Virus record (IMG/VR): IMGVR_UViG_3300009424_000023
Span: 1 to 50,259 of that record
Direction: 5' to 3' (one strand)
Source: a virus
Lineage: Duplodnaviria > Caudoviricetes
Length of the DNA stretch: 50,259 nt
Positions 1 to 8,283 of this stretch are shown here, piece by piece. The notes beneath the pieces were generated by a model that saw only the letters and a list, made by a program, of their open reading frames with translations, was not told the origin of the DNA and did not search any database. The position numbers and the translations under genes are program-made. The stretch's first letter is position 1, and the number at the start of each line of letters is the position of its first letter.

Positions 1-434
1 ACGCTAGATGCAGAATCTTGTGCTGGAACGTAGAATTTTCGACCCTCAAGGTAGCACACGCCGCCAGCAATTGAGAGCAGTCGGCTAGTTCCTTTTTTGG
101 ATACAACTGCGCCGGATACGATGCCGTAGCTGTACAAGGTAAACTCGCCCTGCTGCTGGCTGATCTTATGCAAAGACTCAATTCCAGAATTGGCAAGCGC
201 CGCTTGGTCTATGGCAAATTTGATTGCCGCTCCGACCATGTTTTGCATGTCAGGGTCAAGCCCGGCAACATCAGTCTGCAGCAGCAATAATTGCTCTTTC
301 AGCCATAGCGTTCTGTTCGCCAAGTTTTTGTGTGGCGCATTATCTACACCGTTCGGCCCACCGGTAACTGGGTCTGTGGTTTCAAGCTGATAGACGCCAG
401 CATCCCACGATGCTGATTCGGTTACATTAGCCAT
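1..434 (-). CDS. Tail fibre protein, N-terminal part (runs off window)
   Basis: Not in ORF track; ATG at 434 reads MANVTESASWDAGVYQLETTDPVTGGPNGVDNAPHKNLANRTLWLKEQ, a typical myovirus fibre attachment N-terminus; follows baseplate genes. Confidence 0.85.
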   Translation of the reverse strand, partial: MANVTESASWDAGVYQLETTDPVTGGPNGVDNAPHKNLANRTLWLKEQLLLLQTDVAGLDPDMQNMVGAAIKFAIDQAALANSGIESLHKISQQQGEFTLYSYGIVSGAVVSKKGTSRLLSIAGGVCYLEGRKFYVPAQDSASS

Positions 435-458
435 GCCAATCCTTTCGACTTCTTAAAG

Positions 459-902
459 TTAATACAGCAGTTGCCACGTCCCGGCGAGATAAAGGTCTGA
501 TTCTTTCATCAGCGCTCCACCACGCACTTTTCTTGCGTGCAGCAACCCAGATGCGGTAAGCAGGCCGAATTCATAGATCGCCTTGCCATTTGCCTCGCCG
601 GTACCAAGTGAAAAATTAAATAAAACAGATGTGGCCGATGGGTATGAGTGAGAATCGATTGCCTTAACAAATGTGCTGGTGAGCGCAGTGTTGCCAGGCG
701 CAGCAACCGCATTGCTAGTCCCGAACCCAATTTGTGCAATCTGCAAGTTCGCACCATCCCCGCCCAGCAGGCGGGTTACATTCGTCCGGCCTTGATCGAC
801 AATCAGATTGTCATCGACAAAATGCTCGATCAGCTTTCCTTTACGGTAAATATCTAGCGTGAAGATGCCGCGATGCGCTTGAGCTAAGTCAGAGATTTGC
901 AT
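459..902 (-). CDS. Baseplate/tail-fibre attachment protein
   Basis: NLIVDQGR...IGFGT...EANG...EFGL pattern; position between wedge and fibre genes. Confidence 0.7.
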   Translation of the reverse strand: MQISDLAQAHRGIFTLDIYRKGKLIEHFVDDNLIVDQGRTNVTRLLGGDGANLQIAQIGFGTSNAVAAPGNTALTSTFVKAIDSHSYPSATSVLFNFSLGTGEANGKAIYEFGLLTASGLLHARKVRGGALMKESDLYLAGTWQLLY

Positions 903-932
903 TGTTGTGCCTATGTGCCTGCATGATGCAAA

Positions 933-948
933 ATCATGCCGTCACGAC
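933..948 (-). promoter_or_regulatory. Putative late promoter (GTCGTGAC + A/T -10 remnant)
   Basis: GTCGTGAC-ggcAtgaT, intergenic, upstream of 902 ORF. Confidence 0.7.
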
Positions 949-956
949 ACAACGAA

Positions 957-2270
957 CTACATGGTTTCTGTTGTTTGGCCGGAGTACGGGAATCCGTTAC
1001 GCAGGAACTTACCATTATGGTAAGCATGTCTGGTGAGCGATAGGTTTAGGCCATCAAGTCCGATACTTCTCGCTCCACTTCTCAAGAACGTGCCGTTTCT
1101 AGGAGCTATGCCAAGATAGTCAAATTCTACCGACCAGCTATCTGCCAAGGCCAAATTAGCATTAAGAGTGGACGGGTCAACGTCATTGCCATAGAAAGCA
1201 GTAGCGCTATTTGATATGCCATCAGGCTCATCGCGACGCACAGAGCCGTCAAAGTAAAACCCTGCTCTGTTGCGCATCCTCCGCTGGTTGACGGACAACC
1301 CACCTCGCAAAACGGTACCGTCGTGCCGGCTTCGCACCCCAAGATACTCGTCTGTCATTAACGCTTGGGTCAACTCAATAGTCGATGCATCAGAACTGGC
1401 GCGCGCAGTGTCTGAAATAGCGCCCGAGAGGGTGACTTGCCTTAGCTTTGTACCGGCATCGCGAAACTGTTCTACAGCCGCACGAATTCGCACAAGAAGT
1501 GCAGCTACACCCTCAGATGACAGCAAGTCAAATCCAGCTTCTACATCAAACTGCCCATAGAATTTAAGCGTATTAGCATTGCGATTAAATTTGCCGTCAT
1601 AGCGAAATGTGCCGTGGCGATAGATATTCTGCGATACCGTTGTGCTTGCTGAATCAACGACTGTTGATCTAAATCCACCTGTGGCCGATTCGATTGCCAT
1701 CTCAATGGCAATATTGTTGCCTTTAGGCCGAATGATACTTGCGATGATTCTGTTTGAATAAATTACGTCTGTCTCGCCAATCAGACGCTTGATGCCGTAT
1801 TGATCGCCAAGATCATCTAGGTATTCGCCTGAACTTGTTGAAACCGACATTTGTTTGAGCATTTCAACAATGGCGGCCTTAGCCTCAGCCAACTCAATTG
1901 CAGCCGCGTCCAAGTATGCCCAGATCAGCGATGTGAAGGCATACAAGTGATCGCCATTGCTGTTGTCTTGGTTATTTACGCCATCCAGCAAAACCCTCGC
2001 GGATAATCCGGCTTGCGCCCCGCCAATGCTGAACTCAACGGTATAGCCAGCTTGTGCCGTCAAATATGACGCCAGCGAAGCTATCGTGCGCGTCGTTAAA
2101 TCAACATTAAGTGCGCTGCCAGATCCGCCAGATACCGAGGTAGTCAATATCCCATCGGCAATCTTCCAAGACATCGCGCCGTCATAGCGCAAGCGGATTG
2201 CGAGGAATTGCTCAGGGTCGCTTGAAAATACCCGATGCAAATAACCAACAAGTTTTTTTGTGAGTAGCAT
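957..2270 (-). CDS. Baseplate wedge protein
   Basis: GEYLDDLGDQYGIKRLIGETD..Y..RI motif; directly after baseplate J gene. Confidence 0.7.
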   Translation of the reverse strand: MLLTKKLVGYLHRVFSSDPEQFLAIRLRYDGAMSWKIADGILTTSVSGGSGSALNVDLTTRTIASLASYLTAQAGYTVEFSIGGAQAGLSARVLLDGVNNQDNSNGDHLYAFTSLIWAYLDAAAIELAEAKAAIVEMLKQMSVSTSSGEYLDDLGDQYGIKRLIGETDVIYSNRIIASIIRPKGNNIAIEMAIESATGGFRSTVVDSASTTVSQNIYRHGTFRYDGKFNRNANTLKFYGQFDVEAGFDLLSSEGVAALLVRIRAAVEQFRDAGTKLRQVTLSGAISDTARASSDASTIELTQALMTDEYLGVRSRHDGTVLRGGLSVNQRRMRNRAGFYFDGSVRRDEPDGISNSATAFYGNDVDPSTLNANLALADSWSVEFDYLGIAPRNGTFLRSGARSIGLDGLNLSLTRHAYHNGKFLRNGFPYSGQTTETM

Positions 2271-2271
2271 A

Positions 2272-3390
2272 TTAGGTTAGCGAAACGACGCCCGGCATAA
2301 TCTTCTGACTGGAGAGCGCAGTCACATCGCCGGATGGAAGCGTCAATGTGATTTTGGTGACGCCAGAAACCTTCATCGCTGTTGCAATTATTTCAGATGG
2401 GCTGACAGCCACTCCTATGTCCACCCCGCGCAAATAGGCTTGGATTGCGTCCGATACGGCGGTTCGAGTTATTGCAGCATCTGAATAGCCGGACACAGTT
2501 ACGACGGCAGTTACATTAACTAACAGCTCCCCGGCGGCGATCACATTTACTACGACGCCAGCGGCCTTCCACCCAGGAACCGGCGTTCCATCAACTAAGC
2601 GGTATCCATCAATAATCTTTTGCGCCTCAGCAACCAAACTCCCCGATGTACCGCCACCTCCATTATGGATATAGCAAAGCGCCAACCCAATTGGCTGCAA
2701 AACATCAGTCAGGTAGGGCTCAACAATCTTGACGAAATGCACGTCCTCAATAATCAGCCCATTCACATCTTTCAGGCTGGCTTGCTTCGCGCCATAGGCC
2801 ACAGCAGATGACGTTCCACGAGGAAGCGATGCTATGTATCCTTGGAACCTGACCTTTCTCTCTAGCTCAGTTTCTGCCTCTCGCCCATTGGTAAAGGCTA
2901 CCGGGTTCGCCACCGAATCAATCCCGCTGATCGGAGACACCATTTCTGTCAGCGTATTGGCGAGTGCATTGGTAATACTACCTGCAACTTCGCAATACAC
3001 CATCACATCAACATGTGTCTGTCCAGACAGCAATGTCGCATCAATCAAAGTCGCGTACTTGTATGTTCCAGATGGGGCACGTATTGCTGTGCCAGCCGGA
3101 ATCAACACATTCGCCGGCGCAGCCGCCAAACAGGAAAATCGTGCCGCACCACTCCCAGCCTCCGCAGGTAGAGCGCCAAATCCGAATGAGTTATAGACAG
3201 ATACCGGGATTGCTTCGCGCAGCCCAATAAACATTTGCTGGTACAGTTCATCGAGTTCCACAGCAGGGGCTTCAACCAATGTGCGAGCAACACTGCCAAC
3301 ATTGAAGTCGGTTATTTTTTCCTGCGTTGCACGCATGTAGTTAATCATGCCAGCAGCAATTGACGCAAAATCACGGATTTGAAAAGCCAC
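2272..3390 (-). CDS. Baseplate J-like protein
   Basis: TDFNVGSVARTLVEA, NPVAFTNGREAETE...R and KAAGVVVNV motifs. Confidence 0.9.
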   Translation of the reverse strand: MAFQIRDFASIAAGMINYMRATQEKITDFNVGSVARTLVEAPAVELDELYQQMFIGLREAIPVSVYNSFGFGALPAEAGSGAARFSCLAAAPANVLIPAGTAIRAPSGTYKYATLIDATLLSGQTHVDVMVYCEVAGSITNALANTLTEMVSPISGIDSVANPVAFTNGREAETELERKVRFQGYIASLPRGTSSAVAYGAKQASLKDVNGLIIEDVHFVKIVEPYLTDVLQPIGLALCYIHNGGGGTSGSLVAEAQKIIDGYRLVDGTPVPGWKAAGVVVNVIAAGELLVNVTAVVTVSGYSDAAITRTAVSDAIQAYLRGVDIGVAVSPSEIIATAMKVSGVTKITLTLPSGDVTALSSQKIMPGVVSLT

Positions 3391-4004
3391 TAGAAATACC
3401 CCCCAAACTGGATACGACGCTTGTCGATTGGGACGACATCGGCATCGACATATAATTGATCGCCCGTCGTCGTTGCGACGATCTTCGTAACATCGCTCAC
3501 TCGCGGGTCGCTACGCAAGGCGGCTGATACATACGATGCAGCAAGCAGGTCAGCAACAGGCCCATTTATTCCGCCTATCAGGCGTCGAACATCACACCCG
3601 TACTGAGGGTGATAAAGCAGTTCAGACTTGTCAGTCATTACGCGATGCCGCATGGCCTGCATAAGATTTTGGATACCGAAAGAAATATCGAAATCGCCGC
3701 TATTGGCCGTTAATTTTCCATCAGTCAGCATCACATCCTGCTCAAATAGCAAGTTCGCGTCCGAGCGCGCAGATACCACCGATGTCGCTGATGGAACCCA
3801 TAGCACATCCCCGTACAGAGCGACCGTATCCGATGCCAGTAGATCATCACCGGTGACATACGGCGGCATCAAACCATTCAGATTCGCAATATCAACCCAG
3901 CGCGCAGCGTCGCCGAGTTCGCGGGCCGCCAAACGCTGAAGCGTATCCTCCCAAAGCAGCTCGACTTGCCGAAGCCCTGATAATGGCGTTTCAAACTGAC
4001 TCAT
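3390..4004 (-). CDS. Baseplate wedge subunit (LysM-like + gpW/gp25-like)
   Basis: DTLQRLAARELGDAARWVDIANLN N-terminus; LLYHPQYG...ALRSDPRV C-terminal domain. Confidence 0.8.
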   Translation of the reverse strand: MSQFETPLSGLRQVELLWEDTLQRLAARELGDAARWVDIANLNGLMPPYVTGDDLLASDTVALYGDVLWVPSATSVVSARSDANLLFEQDVMLTDGKLTANSGDFDISFGIQNLMQAMRHRVMTDKSELLYHPQYGCDVRRLIGGINGPVADLLAASYVSAALRSDPRVSDVTKIVATTTGDQLYVDADVVPIDKRRIQFGGYF

Positions 4005-4165
4005 ACTTGCCCGTCCACAGCAATACCATCGGCAATGGTGTTGGCAAGCGCAAGTAGAGTCGTCAAGTCCAGCGGCGCAAGAACCGGATCAGTATTGGCG
4101 AGCGTATCCAGCGCAGCCTGTGCCTCTGCACTTATGGTGATTGGATTTTCATTAGCCGTTGCCAT
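4001..4165 (-). CDS. Small hypothetical protein (54 aa)
   Basis: Below ORF-track cut-off; MATANENPITISAEAQAALDTLANTDPVLAPLD...; ATGA overlap with the next gene. Confidence 0.6.
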   Translation of the reverse strand: MATANENPITISAEAQAALDTLANTDPVLAPLDLTTLLALANTIADGIAVDGQV

Positions 4166-4168
4166 TTA

Positions 4169-5296
4169 TTAAAATACCAATGGAGTAGCAAGCAGGGGTT
4201 TGCGCGGTTTTGGGTATGGCTCCTGAACCTTGTGCGGCCTTGCGATTCTTGGCGGCTTCGGATATGGCAATAAAGTGAGCCCGTTCACGTTATGCAATGG
4301 CGATAGCGGGCTCCCGCCATTCGTAGAAGAGCAGTTTGCAGCGCCATTGAAGTCGTCATATTTTTCCAGCTTCCAAGCATCCTTAAATCCATTCTTGAAC
4401 AAGCATTGCAGATTGCGAAACAAACCCATTGCCTGTTTCCACATTGATGTCAGCTTTCCGGGGAAATTTCGTAGTGCCGCAAGCATGGCAAAGAAGTTAT
4501 TCAGTGCCTGCGCGACCTTCTTGATGATGGAACTGATTGCAGAGATTATGCTTCCCCCTGCCTTCATAATGTTCTGCGCGGCAGCCATCATCTTGTTAAT
4601 TTTATTCAGCAGCTTGGTAACTGCTTGCAGCGCAGAAGTTACAGCAGCCGTTATTGCCGCCGCCATTTTTTCCATGTCAGCGACCGTTTGATCGAATGAA
4701 TCCAGCGCTGCCTTTGCATCAAGCCCAACCTCTTGGACTGGGAATGAATACCCAATGTCCGCCGTAGCCATCATGCCAATGTTGTACTGCACCAATAAAG
4801 GACGCGACTTGCTGCGCTTGAGAACGAATTGCTGCGGAACGACATAGACGGCGATTCCATCTAGGGTATCAACGAATTCAAGCTGCACATCTTCTGGGTC
4901 TAGGCCGTCTTTCGCGCGTGCCTCACGCTCCTGATGCCACAACTTAAATGCCTCGTTGTGCAGCGATTTAAGCTCTTCTTCCCAATCGCGACCTCCAGCG
5001 TGCTTTGCGCGCCATCCAGTCGTGCCAGATATATTGATCGTGCGCAGACCGGGGCCGAAGCTATCCACCCACGCAGCGCCTAGCGTTTGCTGTACGGATA
5101 CACGCGATGGCTGTGTTACGGTCAACTCTTCAGGATTGATCGAAAGCGTATGTCCGTTTAACTCGCCCAGTCCTTTGGGGATGCTTGGGCCAGACAACTC
5201 GCCCGCCCCTTTCTTTACCAAACGAAAGAAAACAGTCCGCTCTTTCTGACTTGCAGGGGAAGGTAAACCGCTAGAGTTTGTTGGAATGGAGGCCAT
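4169..5296 (-). CDS. Tail tube initiator/baseplate hub-associated protein
   Basis: INPEELTVTQPSRVSVQQTLGAAWVDSFG...INISGTTG motif; position in tail module. Confidence 0.65.
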   Translation of the reverse strand: MASIPTNSSGLPSPASQKERTVFFRLVKKGAGELSGPSIPKGLGELNGHTLSINPEELTVTQPSRVSVQQTLGAAWVDSFGPGLRTINISGTTGWRAKHAGGRDWEEELKSLHNEAFKLWHQEREARAKDGLDPEDVQLEFVDTLDGIAVYVVPQQFVLKRSKSRPLLVQYNIGMMATADIGYSFPVQEVGLDAKAALDSFDQTVADMEKMAAAITAAVTSALQAVTKLLNKINKMMAAAQNIMKAGGSIISAISSIIKKVAQALNNFFAMLAALRNFPGKLTSMWKQAMGLFRNLQCLFKNGFKDAWKLEKYDDFNGAANCSSTNGGSPLSPLHNVNGLTLLPYPKPPRIARPHKVQEPYPKPRKPLLATPLVF

Positions 5297-5302
5297 AACA
5301 GC

Positions 5303-5318
5303 ATCATGGCGTCACGAC
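5303..5318 (-). promoter_or_regulatory. Putative late promoter, leaderless
   Basis: GTCGTGAC-gccAtgaT-gctgtt-ATG(5296); 14-nt spacing, no Shine-Dalgarno. Confidence 0.75.
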
Positions 5319-5385
5319 AAAATCGGGGTACCCAGAGGCGAATAAAACAGGCAGAATGAGATTATCTTTCAACTTGGAGGTTCGC

Positions 5386-5787
5386 ATGAAATTTGCATTT
5401 ATCGTACTGGCATTTTTTATGAGTTCGTTGGCGCAGGCTGACGAGTTTTCTAATACTGACCGAGGAATTCCGCCTGAGTGCGAAAATGTGCGATTTACCG
5501 GCATCGCCGGGGCTGCCGGAGTTGCCAGTGTTATAGAAAAAATGCTCGCATCACCAGATTTGAAAGACGAATTGGCTAGGCATCCAATTCAGTGCGGCGG
5601 CGACTTCATAAACAAGTTTGGGCAAAACGTACCCTGCAGGGGGGTGGGTTATTTCAAGAAGCATAAAGGCAGAATAATCGAGTGGGATAAAAAGTATTTT
5701 GTCATAGAGTCCCCGGTAGATTTAATTACAGGGAGGCAAGATATTCAACTAATTATCCGCAGGAAAGATGCTTGGTGCGCAAAGTAG
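5386..5787 (+). CDS. Exported hypothetical protein (moron-like)
   Basis: GGAGG before ATG 5386; signal peptide MKFAFIVLAFFMSSLAQA; opposite strand to tail operon. Confidence 0.75.
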   Translation: MKFAFIVLAFFMSSLAQADEFSNTDRGIPPECENVRFTGIAGAAGVASVIEKMLASPDLKDELARHPIQCGGDFINKFGQNVPCRGVGYFKKHKGRIIEWDKKYFVIESPVDLITGRQDIQLIIRRKDAWCAK

Positions 5788-5789
5788 TC

Positions 5790-6017
5790 TTACTTGACCT
5801 TTCCGGCCTGAATGCCGGATCCTGCAATGCCAATATCAGTGGATACTGGCACTAACTCAGAATTTGCCACGATCTCATTGATGATTCCTTGGCACAAAGC
5901 CAGCAGCATCGCATCAGCTTGAGCTGCGGCCTGCCCTGCGCTGCCGTCAGAAGCCGGTAAACTTGTCCTTGCCGCTTTGATCTTTGCCGCCATCCCCGCC
6001 GCTGTCATTGCCATCAC
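5790..6017 (-). CDS. Small baseplate spike-associated protein
   Basis: Coupled to the spike gene by ATGA overlap. Confidence 0.55.
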   Translation of the reverse strand: MMAMTAAGMAAKIKAARTSLPASDGSAGQAAAQADAMLLALCQGIINEIVANSELVPVSTDIGIAGSGIQAGKVK

Positions 6018-6802
6018 ATACTCCCTTTAACTTTTGCAGAAAACTGGCCGTGCGGCTGGCCGGTAAACGCACAAACGCAATCACCTTGAACAATGCCTTT
6101 CATGGCGCTCCCAGCATCTAAGTCGATAGATGCGCCCTTCACGGTCGCCTTGCCGCCCGCCTGAACCTTGGCCGTGCCAGTTGCAGTTACTGAAACATTG
6201 CCTCCAGAAGTCACCGTAGCATTGCCAGTCGCATTTACTGACACGGTTGTTGCCGTGGTGATCGCGATAGACCCGTCCGGCGCAATGTCCAGAGTTGCCT
6301 TTCCGCCAGCTTGCTCAATGTGAAGATGTACTTGCTTTTCAGTGTTGCGCTTGATCTGCCATTTTTCGCCGTGGCTCTTTGGTGCTAAGTCCTCGTGTGC
6401 CGTATCGGTGGCGATGCGAATGAACAGACCTGACGGGTGGCGTAGCTCCATGTTCCCATTCTTGTCGATGGTGTGGTACACGTCCGAGGCGTGCCGATTC
6501 ATCATGCGTTCTTCGTCATTGAGGCGAAGCTGAGAGGCTTGCGGGTGAAGGAAGGCGATGACTACGGGCAGGTCGTAATAAAATGCCACCACAGCAATGA
6601 CGCTACGGTCACTATTGGTTTTTGGCAGTCCGGTAACATTGTCCACCGCACCTGGCTTTGGCAGGTCACTCAATCCGCTATCGGAAGAGGCAGACTGGGA
6701 CGCGACACGCACATCCTGCAATAAACGCCCGTCACTGGACATTTTCAGATCAACTGTATGGCTCTTCCAATCAACGGCAACAACGCGCCCAAATTCAATC
6801 AT
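6014..6802 (-). CDS. Baseplate central spike (gpV/gp5-like)
   Basis: N-terminal GRVVAVD OB-fold start, RHPSG motif, V/T/G-rich beta-helix repeats, C-terminal CAFTGQPH. Confidence 0.85.
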   Translation of the reverse strand: MIEFGRVVAVDWKSHTVDLKMSSDGRLLQDVRVASQSASSDSGLSDLPKPGAVDNVTGLPKTNSDRSVIAVVAFYYDLPVVIAFLHPQASQLRLNDEERMMNRHASDVYHTIDKNGNMELRHPSGLFIRIATDTAHEDLAPKSHGEKWQIKRNTEKQVHLHIEQAGGKATLDIAPDGSIAITTATTVSVNATGNATVTSGGNVSVTATGTAKVQAGGKATVKGASIDLDAGSAMKGIVQGDCVCAFTGQPHGQFSAKVKGSM

Positions 6803-8283
6803 CGAATACCTCCGACATTCATTTCTTTCAAATATGGGCTGCTGCTATTGCTTGCGCGGTTAATGAATCCTGTACCACGCTCATAATTGATTATGGTGAA
6901 AAACCCCTGAAATGGAACAAAGTCATGGTCAACACTCACAACGTAGAACCAACTTTCATTCGTGCCGCCGCGCTTAGATGTGACAAACCGACCAGCCCTG
7001 ATCTTCTCGTTGCCGCGAACGCGCATCGTTCCAGACTCGAACACCACGTTGTCCTTGTTGAACTCGGCAAGGAGCTGGCGGCGCTTCTTTGCCCATTCAA
7101 TCGGCGTCATTTTGTTTTTGGCGATTACATCTGGCGTTCCGGTATCTGAATCTGGAACTTCTGACTCAGCCCCTAGTTTGTATTCGATGTGCATCTTGCG
7201 GAAGCCGTACCGCTCCATTGCGCTATTTGGGTACAGGCGCTTATCTTCGGTCAGGGCTTGCTGGGCTTGCAGCATCATTACGCCGTCATTGGTCAGAACC
7301 CACTTGGTATTGGCTGACCAATACCAGTTCGCCACACCTTTGTCGGAGCGTGTGGAGGTGATACTTTGAATGTCCTCTCCGGGAATATCTAAAACAGGGG
7401 TGTCATAACCAGGAGAAGGCGTTACGACTCCCATAATGGAATGACCACTTACGTCATGGAACGGCAGTGGTCGCAGAATCAATGAAACCTCATCTTCATT
7501 ATCCTCAATGAACATTTCGTTATATGGGCCCACGTCGAATAGCGTAGACATCATGGAGTACAGCGATACATCAGAGAATGCGTTCAGGGTGTACGGTGAG
7601 ATTGACCCCTCCACCGTGACGTATGGCACGAACCCTTTGGATATAACAGACTCGCCATTGGCATTTTGCAGACGCGCCAAGAATGGATTAAGCACCTCGG
7701 CCACGATCTCTTTGAAAAACACGTGAGCAAGCTGCGTGACCATCTTTTGTGTTTGTAAATATTTGTCAAAGAAGCGAAATTCGGTCAGCGTTGATTCGCC
7801 AGTTACTGCAACTTGCAGGTAGTAGATGATGAAAATCTGCCAGAGCTTGCCAAGGTCTTGCCCGGTGATGACAACCTTTCGGACAGGCTTTCCATCCGAC
7901 CCCATTGATTCATCACGGCGGATCTCTGACACAAGGCCGCGCATGATGATGGGCGGCCTCTTGCCATTCATATCGGCAGAATCGTGGCAGAACCGAATCT
8001 CTACCAAGTCCATAGGCTCAATCAGCGCGTATAGCGATTCCATGTGCTTTGGGTGCATCTGGTCAGCGAGGGTGATGGAAAAGCCGCCAGCAGGCTCACG
8101 CACGCTTTTGGTAGTGCGCACACCACCAGCTTCGCCCAAATACGGCTTGAGGTCTATGCGCTGCGTTTTGTAACGGTCATCTACCTTTGCACCTTTTGAA
8201 TTGCCGGCATCATCAAAACTCATACCTGTGCGGTTGATTGTTTTGATGAGGGTGACTTCAATTTGTGGGTGATAAACTTTCAT
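6799..8283 (-). CDS. Baseplate hub protein
   Basis: Between tape measure and spike; RYGFR and GTMRVRGNEKIRAG...YVVSVDH hub-like motifs. Confidence 0.75.
   Translation of the reverse strand: MKVYHPQIEVTLIKTINRTGMSFDDAGNSKGAKVDDRYKTQRIDLKPYLGEAGGVRTTKSVREPAGGFSITLADQMHPKHMESLYALIEPMDLVEIRFCHDSADMNGKRPPIIMRGLVSEIRRDESMGSDGKPVRKVVITGQDLGKLWQIFIIYYLQVAVTGESTLTEFRFFDKYLQTQKMVTQLAHVFFKEIVAEVLNPFLARLQNANGESVISKGFVPYVTVEGSISPYTLNAFSDVSLYSMMSTLFDVGPYNEMFIEDNEDEVSLILRPLPFHDVSGHSIMGVVTPSPGYDTPVLDIPGEDIQSITSTRSDKGVANWYWSANTKWVLTNDGVMMLQAQQALTEDKRLYPNSAMERYGFRKMHIEYKLGAESEVPDSDTGTPDVIAKNKMTPIEWAKKRRQLLAEFNKDNVVFESGTMRVRGNEKIRAGRFVTSKRGGTNESWFYVVSVDHDFVPFQGFFTIINYERGTGFINRASNSSSPYLKEMNVGGIR

Noticed and set aside
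960-1625. Repeated (R/H/Y)-x-G-x-x-x-R motifs in the wedge protein C-terminus
   Set aside because: Degenerate protein-level repeats common in baseplate proteins; no DNA repeat array
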